From a virus, in IMG/VR virus record IMGVR_UViG_3300021197_001787, positions 130,232 through 194,231 of that record: a DNA stretch of 64,000 bases; one strand, given 5' to 3'. How positions within the stretch are numbered: the first letter of the stretch is position 1; each line of letters starts with the position of its first letter. Below are positions 18,890 through 27,986 of this stretch, one piece after another. The translations under genes and the position numbers were made by a program. Under the pieces are notes generated by a model. The model was not told the origin of the DNA and ran no database searches. It saw only the letters and a list, made by a program, of their open reading frames with translations.

Positions 18890-18920
18890 GCGCCCTATTA
18901 TAACCGGGGCGCTAACGGTT
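18890..18920 (-). promoter_or_regulatory. structured RNA element copy A
   Basis: AACCG-TTA-GCGCCC-CGGTT-ATAATA-GGGCGC then CCCTTTT. Confidence 0.65.
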
Positions 18921-18923
18921 GAG

Positions 18924-19697
18924 TTAACCGGCCATTAGCTCATCAAAGGCCTTGTCAACATCGTTGGCTTCACTCTTTTTACCATATGATTCAGTTTGAC
19001 GTGAGCGGCCCTCAGCGGACTTATCACTAGACAACTGCTCATCTAAAATGGCATCAACTTGCTCAGGCGTTAAACGCTCAAATAAGCTGTCAAAATCGGG
19101 CATATTTTCTAGAAGCCCAGGGATTGCTTCAGCGTCACTCAAAAGGGGACTTGTGTTACGACGCATCTTCAAATTAGTTTGTGGATACGCGCCGGGACGA
19201 GTTGGCTTCGTATAAGTAAGAGTGATATCGGTTCCCTCAACAGAATCGGTGATATCACCATATTCTGGATCAAGAATATAACCCAAAAGCAACTCGTACG
19301 CAGTCTTGCCATAGCCATAGACCTTGACGCCTTCCTCTTCACGACCGCGAACCACAACCGGTGAGAAATAACGTTGACGCACAAAAAGTGATTTAGCCAA
19401 CTTCTTGCTCTCCTCATCGTTCTTCTCGGTGCCCTCACGCCACAAAGATGACGCGAAATCGCATACTGGGCAGCGTTCACCGAAGTTGCGCTTCGGACAA
19501 AGCACACCGCCCTTATGATCTCCCACATTATAGTGGAAGTACATTTCCTTCAACGGATCACCATCTGATGTTGGTACGATCCGAATATCTTGGTCACCTT
19601 CATCTGGCTTAAACCAGTGTGAAGTACCATTATCTCTAGTTCCCTCACCACGCAATGTGGCAAGCTTTTGTTTCATTAGTTCCATGTTAATAGACAT
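18924..19697 (-). CDS. ssb: gp32-like single-stranded DNA-binding protein
   Basis: Start moved to ATG 19697 (SD AAGGAG); WFKP, IRIVP, FHY, CPKRNFGERCPVC Zn site, YGDITD, acidic tail. Confidence 0.88.
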   Translation of the reverse strand: MSINMELMKQKLATLRGEGTRDNGTSHWFKPDEGDQDIRIVPTSDGDPLKEMYFHYNVGDHKGGVLCPKRNFGERCPVCDFASSLWREGTEKNDEESKKLAKSLFVRQRYFSPVVVRGREEEGVKVYGYGKTAYELLLGYILDPEYGDITDSVEGTDITLTYTKPTRPGAYPQTNLKMRRNTSPLLSDAEAIPGLLENMPDFDSLFERLTPEQVDAILDEQLSSDKSAEGRSRQTESYGKKSEANDVDKAFDELMAG

Positions 19698-19750
19698 TAC
19701 TTTTTTCTCCTTTTGTTTTGATAAAGTATACTGAGCTTTCCTCAGCATCT

Positions 19751-19779
19751 AATGTATTACTCTTGAGCTAGCTTGTCAA
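19751..19779 (-). promoter_or_regulatory. sigma70-like promoter for ssb
   Basis: TTGACA (19779-19774) N17 TACATT (19756-19751). Confidence 0.6.
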
Positions 19780-20620
19780 GAGTTTTTTGTTGTATTACGT
19801 TGGTATGGGCAACGCAAAACCCAAAGTCTGTTTCAAAGGGTGACTCATAGATTGCATAGGATACATTTTTAAATGCATTCCTAGGCTTATCTTTAAGATG
19901 CCCAATGATCTTTTTATGTAAATCTCCGTCCTTTTCCAGTTTTTCAGTTGATATGCAGATATAATAACATACATCGCGAGAGTTGTCAAGTTCATAATAC
20001 CAATTTTCTTTAAGATTGTATGGATCAATACGACCAAGCGCACGGATCCGCTGTATATCCGAAGTTGATTCTAAATTGCCGATAATCGGATTTGTATGAT
20101 CAAACAAATTCTTATAATGCACACAATAATAGATAGTTTTGTTAATTGTATCAAAATACTTTTTGATTGGCACAGAGCCAATAGATTGCTCTAATGTTGG
20201 ATTGCTAAATACAGTAAATGAATTAAACAGGCCTGAACGAGTGTACTCTTGTAAAATGCCAAAAATTGCTCTTTCTTGAAGCTTAGTGGTTCCGAGTAAT
20301 AAGTCAGTATCTGGCTCAATGTAATAAATATCCATTTTTTTGTTTCTCAAATACTGTAGGATCGCGAGTGTTGCATTCGCCGTGCGGCCAGAGCCACACA
20401 CAAATACTTGAACGTGATCGTTTATTGAAGAAAAGAATTTTGTAAGGTCAGGAATACTGCTTTCATAGTCTTCCAATTTTTCTTGATACTTAATTTTACG
20501 CTTGTATTTCGTATTACGAGTTACGTTATCAGAGAGAATATACGTATCGTATTCTTTATTATCTGTAAAGCAGTTGACCACGTTTTCGCCGGCTGTACCA
20601 ATACCAACCAAAGAAATCAT
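19757..20620 (-). CDS. divergent tubulin/FtsZ-fold protein
   Basis: MISLVGIGTAGENVVNCF (T1-like), FVCGSGRTAN (degenerate T4 loop), IYYIEPD, FSNPTLE...INKTI. Confidence 0.6.
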   Translation of the reverse strand: MISLVGIGTAGENVVNCFTDNKEYDTYILSDNVTRNTKYKRKIKYQEKLEDYESSIPDLTKFFSSINDHVQVFVCGSGRTANATLAILQYLRNKKMDIYYIEPDTDLLLGTTKLQERAIFGILQEYTRSGLFNSFTVFSNPTLEQSIGSVPIKKYFDTINKTIYYCVHYKNLFDHTNPIIGNLESTSDIQRIRALGRIDPYNLKENWYYELDNSRDVCYYICISTEKLEKDGDLHKKIIGHLKDKPRNAFKNVSYAIYESPFETDFGFCVAHTNVIQQKTLDKLAQE

Positions 20621-21801
20621 AACTGTAACTCCTTAAGTTCAAAATAGTTCTTGCCGGCGTTGATATTGCCGCGGAAGTGTCCAAGAACATTATTTTCAAA
20701 TATATTTTTAATTAATGGCACCAAATCACGCTCCTGATCATGTAAATCAATAACTATCTCGTCGTGGACAATGTGTGAAATAAACGACTTCTTATCATTT
20801 AAAAAATTGTCTATTTTAGTAGCGCGTTCCATGACCAAATCTGCAGTTGTACTCTGGATAAGATAATTGAAAGCTCTGCGTTCGTCAACCTTTATTTTTC
20901 GACCCATCGGGGTTGACACATAACCCTCGTTGTAATATTGTAACAAAATCTTATCTCTATTGTAGAGATCGCTCTTGATTGTTTCGGATTCCGGATTGTA
21001 CAACCAAGCAAAAAACTTTTCTTTTGATTCTTCGCGCGATACCACACCGCCAAATACATTTTTAGCGTTCCACTGGTGGATGTCCCAGTCAGGCTGCGGC
21101 TCATCCCCCAGCGCCAGTACTGTTCTCAATTCGGCGCCGTTATAGTCAAGGCTCAAGAACCAATCATTCTTTGGCTTAATTGTCTTACGATAAATCTTTT
21201 TCATAGTCAGTATTGGCAGCGAATTACTAAAAGTAGTAAGGCGACCAGTGACAGTGCCAAAAAGATTATAATCAACATGCTGTGGGCCGTTGATGAGGCG
21301 ATTAATCTGTGTTCTATCCCTTGTATTCGTCATCAATTCCCTGCAATCTTTGTTGTTAATTTCAAAATTATGATATTTAATTTTGTGAAGCAGTCTGTGT
21401 ACTTTGGCTAAATGTTCGTAATTACTAGGCTTTTCGTAATTTTCAAAAACAAATTTAGTTATTTGATTTTTTGTTTCGCAAAATTCAAGCAGAAAATCTT
21501 CTGGTACCAGATCATAGAAGCAAAGCTCTCTTAAGTCGATTCTAGCAATCCTAAAAGATTGTAAGTAAGCCTTAAACTTTGATTGGTTTGCTGAGAGCTG
21601 TGTTGATAATTCTTCCGGACAGACTTCTGCTAGATTTTGGCCGCCGGATCGTAACCAAGCGTATTCAACGTCATTGTTTGAAATCGCGCCAGAATGACGC
21701 CATGTTTTAGTCAGATCTGTCGGTAATGCATCAAAATGTAGCTTACCGTTTACGTAGATACCAACACATTCGGATTTATCGTCTAGGCTTTGAAAGTACA
21801 A
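20617..21801 (-). CDS. polA: short family A DNA polymerase
   Basis: GTVTGRL, motif A LDYNGAELR, motif B-like KEKFFAWLYN, FNYLIQST, motif C VHDE; TTG start. Confidence 0.85.
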   Translation of the reverse strand: MYFQSLDDKSECVGIYVNGKLHFDALPTDLTKTWRHSGAISNNDVEYAWLRSGGQNLAEVCPEELSTQLSANQSKFKAYLQSFRIARIDLRELCFYDLVPEDFLLEFCETKNQITKFVFENYEKPSNYEHLAKVHRLLHKIKYHNFEINNKDCRELMTNTRDRTQINRLINGPQHVDYNLFGTVTGRLTTFSNSLPILTMKKIYRKTIKPKNDWFLSLDYNGAELRTVLALGDEPQPDWDIHQWNAKNVFGGVVSREESKEKFFAWLYNPESETIKSDLYNRDKILLQYYNEGYVSTPMGRKIKVDERRAFNYLIQSTTADLVMERATKIDNFLNDKKSFISHIVHDEIVIDLHDQERDLVPLIKNIFENNVLGHFRGNINAGKNYFELKELQL

Positions 21802-23035
21802 CAGGTTCTCCAGTCTCTTTACGTCTTTTCATAATATAACTTAAAGAACCATTATAGTCAAATGGATGATTGATAATTCTTTCAAAAACGATAGACGCAC
21901 GAGAAGGTCCAATTGAATCATAGATTGAAAGGCAGTCTCTCATTATTCTTTTTTGTTCACTTTCGCTAAACTTTTTCGGCTCTTCATTCATTCTTATTTC
22001 AAATAAAAATTTTAATACTTTTTTGTCGTCAAATATGTTTGAAAGCTTCTCTTCGCTATAACTGTCTGGGATAACATAGGTTGTTTTTAAGCGACCATTG
22101 CATTTCTCAACGACCGGTATCTTGTCAAGTTTAACCAATTTATACAACCGATGCAAGTACATTCTAAATTTTTGATAGTAAATATAGTCGGCGCGCGTGT
22201 ACCCTATATTCAAAATACGGTCAGTAGTTGATAGTTTGTACGCGGCGCCATATTCTAACATTTCGGGAGACCCAATATCTGCCACAATCCGCCATGGTAT
22301 ATTCTTATCCACCATGAAGCCATAGCTTCTGCATGCATTTAAAAAGTACTTCCAATGCGGAGATGCAACAAAGTTTTCAATTTTTTGTTGATCGTTAAAA
22401 TAATCTAAGTCTGCTATTTCTATAGCCAAGCCGCTAGCATTAATGGGGCAATATTTACTTTTAACATAAGCCGAAAAGGTAAAAGGATACGAGGGTACTG
22501 TTTTCTGTAGTAAAAGCTTTAAATGGTGCATAAATTCTTGAAAGTTTCTAACGTGTATTTTGTTTTTAGAGAAGTGATTTTCTATTGCAGAGGTATATGT
22601 GTCTTGGTGTTCATTAAAAAGATCAATGGGGTTAACAAAAGATTTAAATACATTTAAAACACTCAAATAAGGGTGGCCAGGGTCTAATTTACCATCAGCA
22701 ACTGCTTTTTGAAATTGTTGTTTTAAATCTTGAAAGGCATCAACAACAAAGTTTACAGCACTTTGGGCAGGACCATCGATGCTGGTAGAATCTAATGGCA
22801 CTAGAGCCGCAGACGATGGGTTATCTAGAAAAATTGGAATAAAATTTCTAGTTACGCGTCCATATAAAAATTTCTCACCAAAATTAAAATCAACTAGGTT
22901 TTTATATTCAGGATCGGAGAAATCAACATTCTCAAAAGCTGTCGTGGAAGCAAAAATATCATAATTATATACCACTCTTTTGTTGAAAGTTAAAAAGGAG
23001 CCGTCGTCGTTATCAGTTATGTATAAATCTGCCAT
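21776..23035 (-). CDS. hypothetical protein
   Basis: 419-aa ORF with SD, between baseplate and polymerase genes; no motif recognised. Confidence 0.75.
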   Translation of the reverse strand: MADLYITDNDDGSFLTFNKRVVYNYDIFASTTAFENVDFSDPEYKNLVDFNFGEKFLYGRVTRNFIPIFLDNPSSAALVPLDSTSIDGPAQSAVNFVVDAFQDLKQQFQKAVADGKLDPGHPYLSVLNVFKSFVNPIDLFNEHQDTYTSAIENHFSKNKIHVRNFQEFMHHLKLLLQKTVPSYPFTFSAYVKSKYCPINASGLAIEIADLDYFNDQQKIENFVASPHWKYFLNACRSYGFMVDKNIPWRIVADIGSPEMLEYGAAYKLSTTDRILNIGYTRADYIYYQKFRMYLHRLYKLVKLDKIPVVEKCNGRLKTTYVIPDSYSEEKLSNIFDDKKVLKFLFEIRMNEEPKKFSESEQKRIMRDCLSIYDSIGPSRASIVFERIINHPFDYNGSLSYIMKRRKETGEPVVLSKPRR

Positions 23036-23044
23036 TTTATTTTC

Positions 23045-26000
23045 CTATGTTGGTATATCGTCAGGTGAAGGACCAGTAGCCTCAAAAGAAGCCCCTTCGT
23101 CTTTTAATTGCCCTGTAAGCGTATCAAAGTGATCTGAAATGTACACTTTACATTTTGCATTTGATTTTTGATTCGCCCCTTTGGAGGCTTGAGCCGACTT
23201 TTTAGTTTTACCTTTTTGGTCAATAGACGATACCCAGACTGCTGTAAGTCTCGTTTCTCCTACTCCCGGGGCAAAATCATGTTCTGCTTTAGTAATCATG
23301 TAGTAACCACCCACACCCAAATCAGTTAAATCAAATCTGTCTATGTCATAAGCGCCCATGCTCGGAGCAAAACCTTTAGGATCAACAAAGATATAGGCGC
23401 CTGGAAACGCTGTTATATTTGCATATGACGTGATATTGACATCATAAATTTCTCTCAACTGATGTAACCCATCGTAACCTTCTTGCTCAAAGCGCACCTC
23501 TTTTAGGCCCGGACTATCAGTTTTTTGCAACGAGATGTTTTTAACTATTCCTCTATCTTTACCCAACACATAATGAAATATTCCTCTGCTCTCGTCCTGT
23601 GACTGGATTCCTCTCATATATTCTAAAGGCTGAGTTCTTCCAGCATGGAAAATAAAATAATTCATTTCTTTGTTAGCGCCGGGGTTTGGTTTATCATAAT
23701 AAGCTTGCCCTTTAATATTCAAAATGGGCAGGCCCTTTACCGAGTTTAGGTTTAATCTGTTGAACTTATTCTTGCTGTTTTCTATTTTTCTTGTAATCTC
23801 GTCTCGTCTAGGCTGTTTCGGATATGAAGTTATTACCGATTCATAAAGTCTAACTTTTTGTTTAATTGAAAAAGGATAACATGAATCTTCATTAAGATAA
23901 TTTTTTACTAAATCGTTAAATAAGTCTTTTAAGAATTGTGTCAATGGGTAAATCGCCTGATTCTTTTTAAGTAATTTACTTGTTAACCACTCGGAGAAAT
24001 ATTTTACAGATACTGGAATATCTGCAAAATTCACGTAATAGGGCTTACTAGTTCCATGGTCAACGATTTCAAGAGGACCAAGAACTACTCTAAACTTTTT
24101 ATATTCACGTGCAGCTTTTTTTAAACTATCTATTTCTATTTTCTTTAAAGCTGGATCAATCCCAAGACTTTTATAGCTGTTTCCAGAAGCGCCGGCCAAA
24201 CCCTCGGCTGTTTTTGTTAGGCTATCGTCTAGGCTACCCAGAATAACATTGAGCATATCGCCAATAAAAAAGAAAGGAAGCTGAATACTATCCATATTGG
24301 CTAAAGTCATAGCTGCTGCTAATCCATCTTTTTTTTCTTTTGCTGCTTCCATCTGTGACTCCATAGAGGCTTGGAGATCTGCGTCTAAAGTGAGACTAAG
24401 CGCTTCACTGCCCTTTGTAACCTTGCCAGCCAAAGCGTAAGACGGTCCTTGGGCCAAGACTGCTTTCAAATCCTCGCGAGTGAAATTTAAAACGTGTATA
24501 TAGCCGGCTTTGAACATCTGTTTAAACAAAAAGGCATGCATTGCTTGCTTGTCTTTGTCTACTTCTGCAGCATCTTCAGTTTTAACATTATTAAGCATTT
24601 TTTTTGCTTCGGCTGACTCTGTGCAATTAACAGTTTCTTCTATTGTTTCAAATGCCAACTTTCTTGTTAACATTTTTATATTTGTAGGCACATGAGTAAA
24701 AATATTCATTTTTGATTTAGAATAATACTCTTCCACATAAGCAAAATACTCAATTGAAAAAGTCACGCGACCAAGATCGTCAAAGCCAAACTCATGAGTA
24801 ACAGGAGTCAAATTAACACTAACAAAGCTGTCATCTAAGGCTTTTTTCATGTTGCCCTTGATTGGCGAATTGTTGGCACCGTGGCTAGCCCAGCCAAAAA
24901 CTGCTTTTAATCTAAAATTTAAATCGTCATCTTCTTTAAAATTTTTAGCTTTAACACTTTTGCCAGTTTTTAATGCCAAGTCAATGTATCTAAATGTTGT
25001 ATCTTCTTTCGGGGTCTTGCCTTTGATTATTCTAGGCTTTAGCAATTCGTCAAAATCGGCTGCATGCAATTTTAAGACTGCTTTTATGCAGCGTTTCTGT
25101 GCAAACAAATCTTGGCCATCAAAAACGAGATTAAAAGAACTAATTCCAATTCCAAAGCCGCGTTTGTCTTTGTTCTTCAGCAAATCGGTAATGTCACCCC
25201 TATTCGCGTTTGAGTCAAATGGAATCTCAACCTCTTTAGTTGATCTTGTGCTGTTTGCATTCTGGATTCGATATAGACGAATTAAAGGTTGGAGCGACGA
25301 AATTTCTGCATTAGTTGCATTGAAAAAATCTTTTTGGTTGCTATATTGTGTTAATTTATTAATAAAGCCGAAAGATTGACCTTCTGCAATCAACGGAGCA
25401 TTTGCGACAAGACCTCCACCAGTGCCGCTCCTATACGGTAAGCGGCGCCTGATTTTAGGTTCGCCGTCATCGGTTGTATCTTTTGCAGTTGTATCATCTA
25501 AAGTTCTGCTATAATTTGCTAACGTTGCTATCTGTCCTAATAAAATACATTGTTCTTTGTATTCGATAACGGGTATTGCCATAACTTCGGCGCCAGTCAT
25601 CGCTATAATTCCTTCGCTGGCCGCGGCACGTTGTGCATCAGTGCCACCGTTGTGGCCGGCCATTGAGGCACCGGATAGATACCCACGTTTGGTATCTAAA
25701 TCCTGATTAAACTTCTCATCAAGCTTTGCTGCGCATTTATCAAGCTGGCTGCCTGGGGCGCCCATGGATTTTAACTTAGTGAGTTTACCAACCAGAATGC
25801 GGAGAGGTTCAACATTACCGCCGGCTTCCTTGATGTTTCTGCCGGCATTTTCTGCGGCCCTGCGCATAGCATCGGCATCTTCAATAGATCCTTTGTCTAG
25901 GCGTTTCCCGCCACCAGTTTCAACTACGGCGGCGCCGGTTGCGGCGCCTCTATAGCCCGAACGGTTACCACTTTGTGATCCGCGTTTCCAAGTCTGAGCC

Positions 26001-26470
26001 GCGTCAGCAAGAGTGGGAAGATTTCCCGGGTAGCCCGGGTTGTTTGCTATGTCCATTGTTATTGGAGCATTGCCGTTACCGGTTATGGGCTTGATGGCCT
26101 TAGTACCAATACGGGCGACCTCACGAGCAGGTCGGCGCGCCTCGTAGTCGGCGTCGGCTTCACCAGATAGAATACTTTGAAGAGATTTTTGTTCTTTATC
26201 GGTTATACTAACACTACCGAATATCTCAAAAGCATCATTGACCGTCAGACCCCCGCCTACGTCTTGTTCTCCAATGGCGTGTATCTCAGCAACCAAAGAA
26301 TTATACTTTCTAGCTTCTTTAGCAAAACACTCCGCTGATTCATAAATTGCATTGCAATTCTTGTTTAATAAAGCTGTATACTCTTTTTCAGAAGCTTCTA
26401 GGGCAGGGTTCCCACCCGAAGCACCTTCAGCTAAGGCGCCCCCTGAAGCACATTTTACTGCATCTGGCAT
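23045..26470 (-). CDS. large baseplate hub-like protein
   Basis: C-terminal FPGAYIFVDP...GVGGYYMITKAEHDF...ETRLTA typical of gp27/GpD-type hubs; position after LysM gene. Confidence 0.55.
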   Translation of the reverse strand: MPDAVKCASGGALAEGASGGNPALEASEKEYTALLNKNCNAIYESAECFAKEARKYNSLVAEIHAIGEQDVGGGLTVNDAFEIFGSVSITDKEQKSLQSILSGEADADYEARRPAREVARIGTKAIKPITGNGNAPITMDIANNPGYPGNLPTLADAAQTWKRGSQSGNRSGYRGAATGAAVVETGGGKRLDKGSIEDADAMRRAAENAGRNIKEAGGNVEPLRILVGKLTKLKSMGAPGSQLDKCAAKLDEKFNQDLDTKRGYLSGASMAGHNGGTDAQRAAASEGIIAMTGAEVMAIPVIEYKEQCILLGQIATLANYSRTLDDTTAKDTTDDGEPKIRRRLPYRSGTGGGLVANAPLIAEGQSFGFINKLTQYSNQKDFFNATNAEISSLQPLIRLYRIQNANSTRSTKEVEIPFDSNANRGDITDLLKNKDKRGFGIGISSFNLVFDGQDLFAQKRCIKAVLKLHAADFDELLKPRIIKGKTPKEDTTFRYIDLALKTGKSVKAKNFKEDDDLNFRLKAVFGWASHGANNSPIKGNMKKALDDSFVSVNLTPVTHEFGFDDLGRVTFSIEYFAYVEEYYSKSKMNIFTHVPTNIKMLTRKLAFETIEETVNCTESAEAKKMLNNVKTEDAAEVDKDKQAMHAFLFKQMFKAGYIHVLNFTREDLKAVLAQGPSYALAGKVTKGSEALSLTLDADLQASMESQMEAAKEKKDGLAAAMTLANMDSIQLPFFFIGDMLNVILGSLDDSLTKTAEGLAGASGNSYKSLGIDPALKKIEIDSLKKAAREYKKFRVVLGPLEIVDHGTSKPYYVNFADIPVSVKYFSEWLTSKLLKKNQAIYPLTQFLKDLFNDLVKNYLNEDSCYPFSIKQKVRLYESVITSYPKQPRRDEITRKIENSKNKFNRLNLNSVKGLPILNIKGQAYYDKPNPGANKEMNYFIFHAGRTQPLEYMRGIQSQDESRGIFHYVLGKDRGIVKNISLQKTDSPGLKEVRFEQEGYDGLHQLREIYDVNITSYANITAFPGAYIFVDPKGFAPSMGAYDIDRFDLTDLGVGGYYMITKAEHDFAPGVGETRLTAVWVSSIDQKGKTKKSAQASKGANQKSNAKCKVYISDHFDTLTGQLKDEGASFEATGPSPDDIPT

Positions 26471-26473
26471 ATC

Positions 26474-26806
26474 TTATAACCCCAACGCTGTCGACACTTG
26501 TTCCAAATCAATGGGAATGTCAAGCACATCTCCCTTGCGAATATGGGCTTCTGTCGGATATCCATTATACCATGCGATGATCCACCATAATTCAGGATTT
26601 CCATAGTACTTGTTGGCGAGATTATAGAATCTATCGCCATATTTCCATATATGGGTGTCTATCGCTAAAGAAGAGCGCTCCATCACACCCGGATGGTTTA
26701 AGACAGCGGTGGCGAAATGTTCAATAAATTTATCGCCGCGGGTGTGCTTGCCAGTTAAGTATTTCTTTCTATTAATGAAAGTTTGGTCTCTATCGTATCT
26801 TGACAT
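26474..26806 (-). CDS. LysM/gp53-like baseplate protein
   Basis: HIWKYGDRFYNLANKYYGNPELWWIIAWYNG...GDVLDIP. Confidence 0.8.
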   Translation of the reverse strand: MSRYDRDQTFINRKKYLTGKHTRGDKFIEHFATAVLNHPGVMERSSLAIDTHIWKYGDRFYNLANKYYGNPELWWIIAWYNGYPTEAHIRKGDVLDIPIDLEQVSTALGL

Positions 26807-26808
26807 TA

Positions 26809-27981
26809 CTAATCATTCTCTCCAATATCTGATAATTGATCAGCTAGGCCTGCGAGCGCCGAATCGCCGGCGGCGGTGCCATCCTGATCAGTATATCCTA
26901 CATCATTAATTGCCTGCCCCATTATAGCCGAAGCAACATAGTCTGCGTTTTCGCCTTTATACTTACCCGCCTCTAAACGCTTCATGTCTCTTCCCAAGCG
27001 GCCGTTGCCAATTCCAAACAAGCCTTTTGTGCCGAACATGCCACCGTATCTTGCTTCAGCATTAAGTCTTGCTTGTTCGACTTTTGCTCTGTCTTCTTCA
27101 GCTTGGGCTGCTTGGTTCCATGTTTTGCCATCAAATTCAGATTTCATGTTTCTTACATCAAACGTGCTGACGCCATATGGAAATGCTTCGCCCTCTCCCG
27201 GACTGAATTTCTGATTTTTATCCCAACCAAGGTGATGTTCGTGGATGGGCGTGAATCCAACGACGACTTCAATAACTTTTGGAAGAATAGTGTTCTGCAC
27301 AGTCTCGTTGGTGGACGCATCTAATTTTTCAAAGACACCGGCTTCGCGGTTTTCCAAATTGTGGTTAATTGTAAGGTTTGATATGAAGCCCAATTGGCCG
27401 TGCTGTGGTTCAGGGCCTACGGAGCTATATGACTGATAATATGTAGACTTTTCTTGCAAATTTCGGAAATTAGCTTGATCAGAAGTTCTTTTTATATTTC
27501 TGGTGTTCTGTAAAAGGTTCATGACTTTAAGCCTTACAAGCGGGCTTTGGGATATCGTCTGGGCTTCTTGAACCTTTGCGTAATTTGGATACAAGAATTG
27601 AACTAAACTTTGAACTTTACCAAGATTCTCAAATGCTTCGCTTTCACTTGCCGCCGGCACAACAAAACTTAAATTTATTACTCTTTCTGTTTGCACAAAA
27701 TTGTGAATTTTGTCAGCGCGACCAAAAACAGCTTCAGACTGCCAATTTGAGGTATATGATTCGTTATATGCGGTTATGAATGCTTTAAAGAAAACGCTTG
27801 TTTGTGAAGCCTCATGCATAAAGGAGAGATATAGTTTTTTATTATTTGCAAGGCCATCAGAGCCGTCTGCATACCATACATTATCTTTCCTGCCAACTCT
27901 ATTCTTTTTATATTTATGAGAATCAAAAATCTGATTGAAAAAATCAGCTGCTGAAGGTCCGGTTTTAGTTTCGTCTGCCAT
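26809..27981 (-). CDS. tail tube initiator-like baseplate protein (gp48/gp54-like)
   Basis: FKAFITAYNESYTSNWQSEAVFGRAD...TERVINLSF; follows tape measure. Confidence 0.65.
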   Translation of the reverse strand: MADETKTGPSAADFFNQIFDSHKYKKNRVGRKDNVWYADGSDGLANNKKLYLSFMHEASQTSVFFKAFITAYNESYTSNWQSEAVFGRADKIHNFVQTERVINLSFVVPAASESEAFENLGKVQSLVQFLYPNYAKVQEAQTISQSPLVRLKVMNLLQNTRNIKRTSDQANFRNLQEKSTYYQSYSSVGPEPQHGQLGFISNLTINHNLENREAGVFEKLDASTNETVQNTILPKVIEVVVGFTPIHEHHLGWDKNQKFSPGEGEAFPYGVSTFDVRNMKSEFDGKTWNQAAQAEEDRAKVEQARLNAEARYGGMFGTKGLFGIGNGRLGRDMKRLEAGKYKGENADYVASAIMGQAINDVGYTDQDGTAAGDSALAGLADQLSDIGEND

Positions 27982-27986
27982 TTAAT

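Noticed and set aside
18383-18926. Stop-codon readthrough stimulated by the pseudoknots
   Set aside because: In-frame stops follow quickly in all three (TAG four codons on; TAG TGA double stop; TAA within the U-run)
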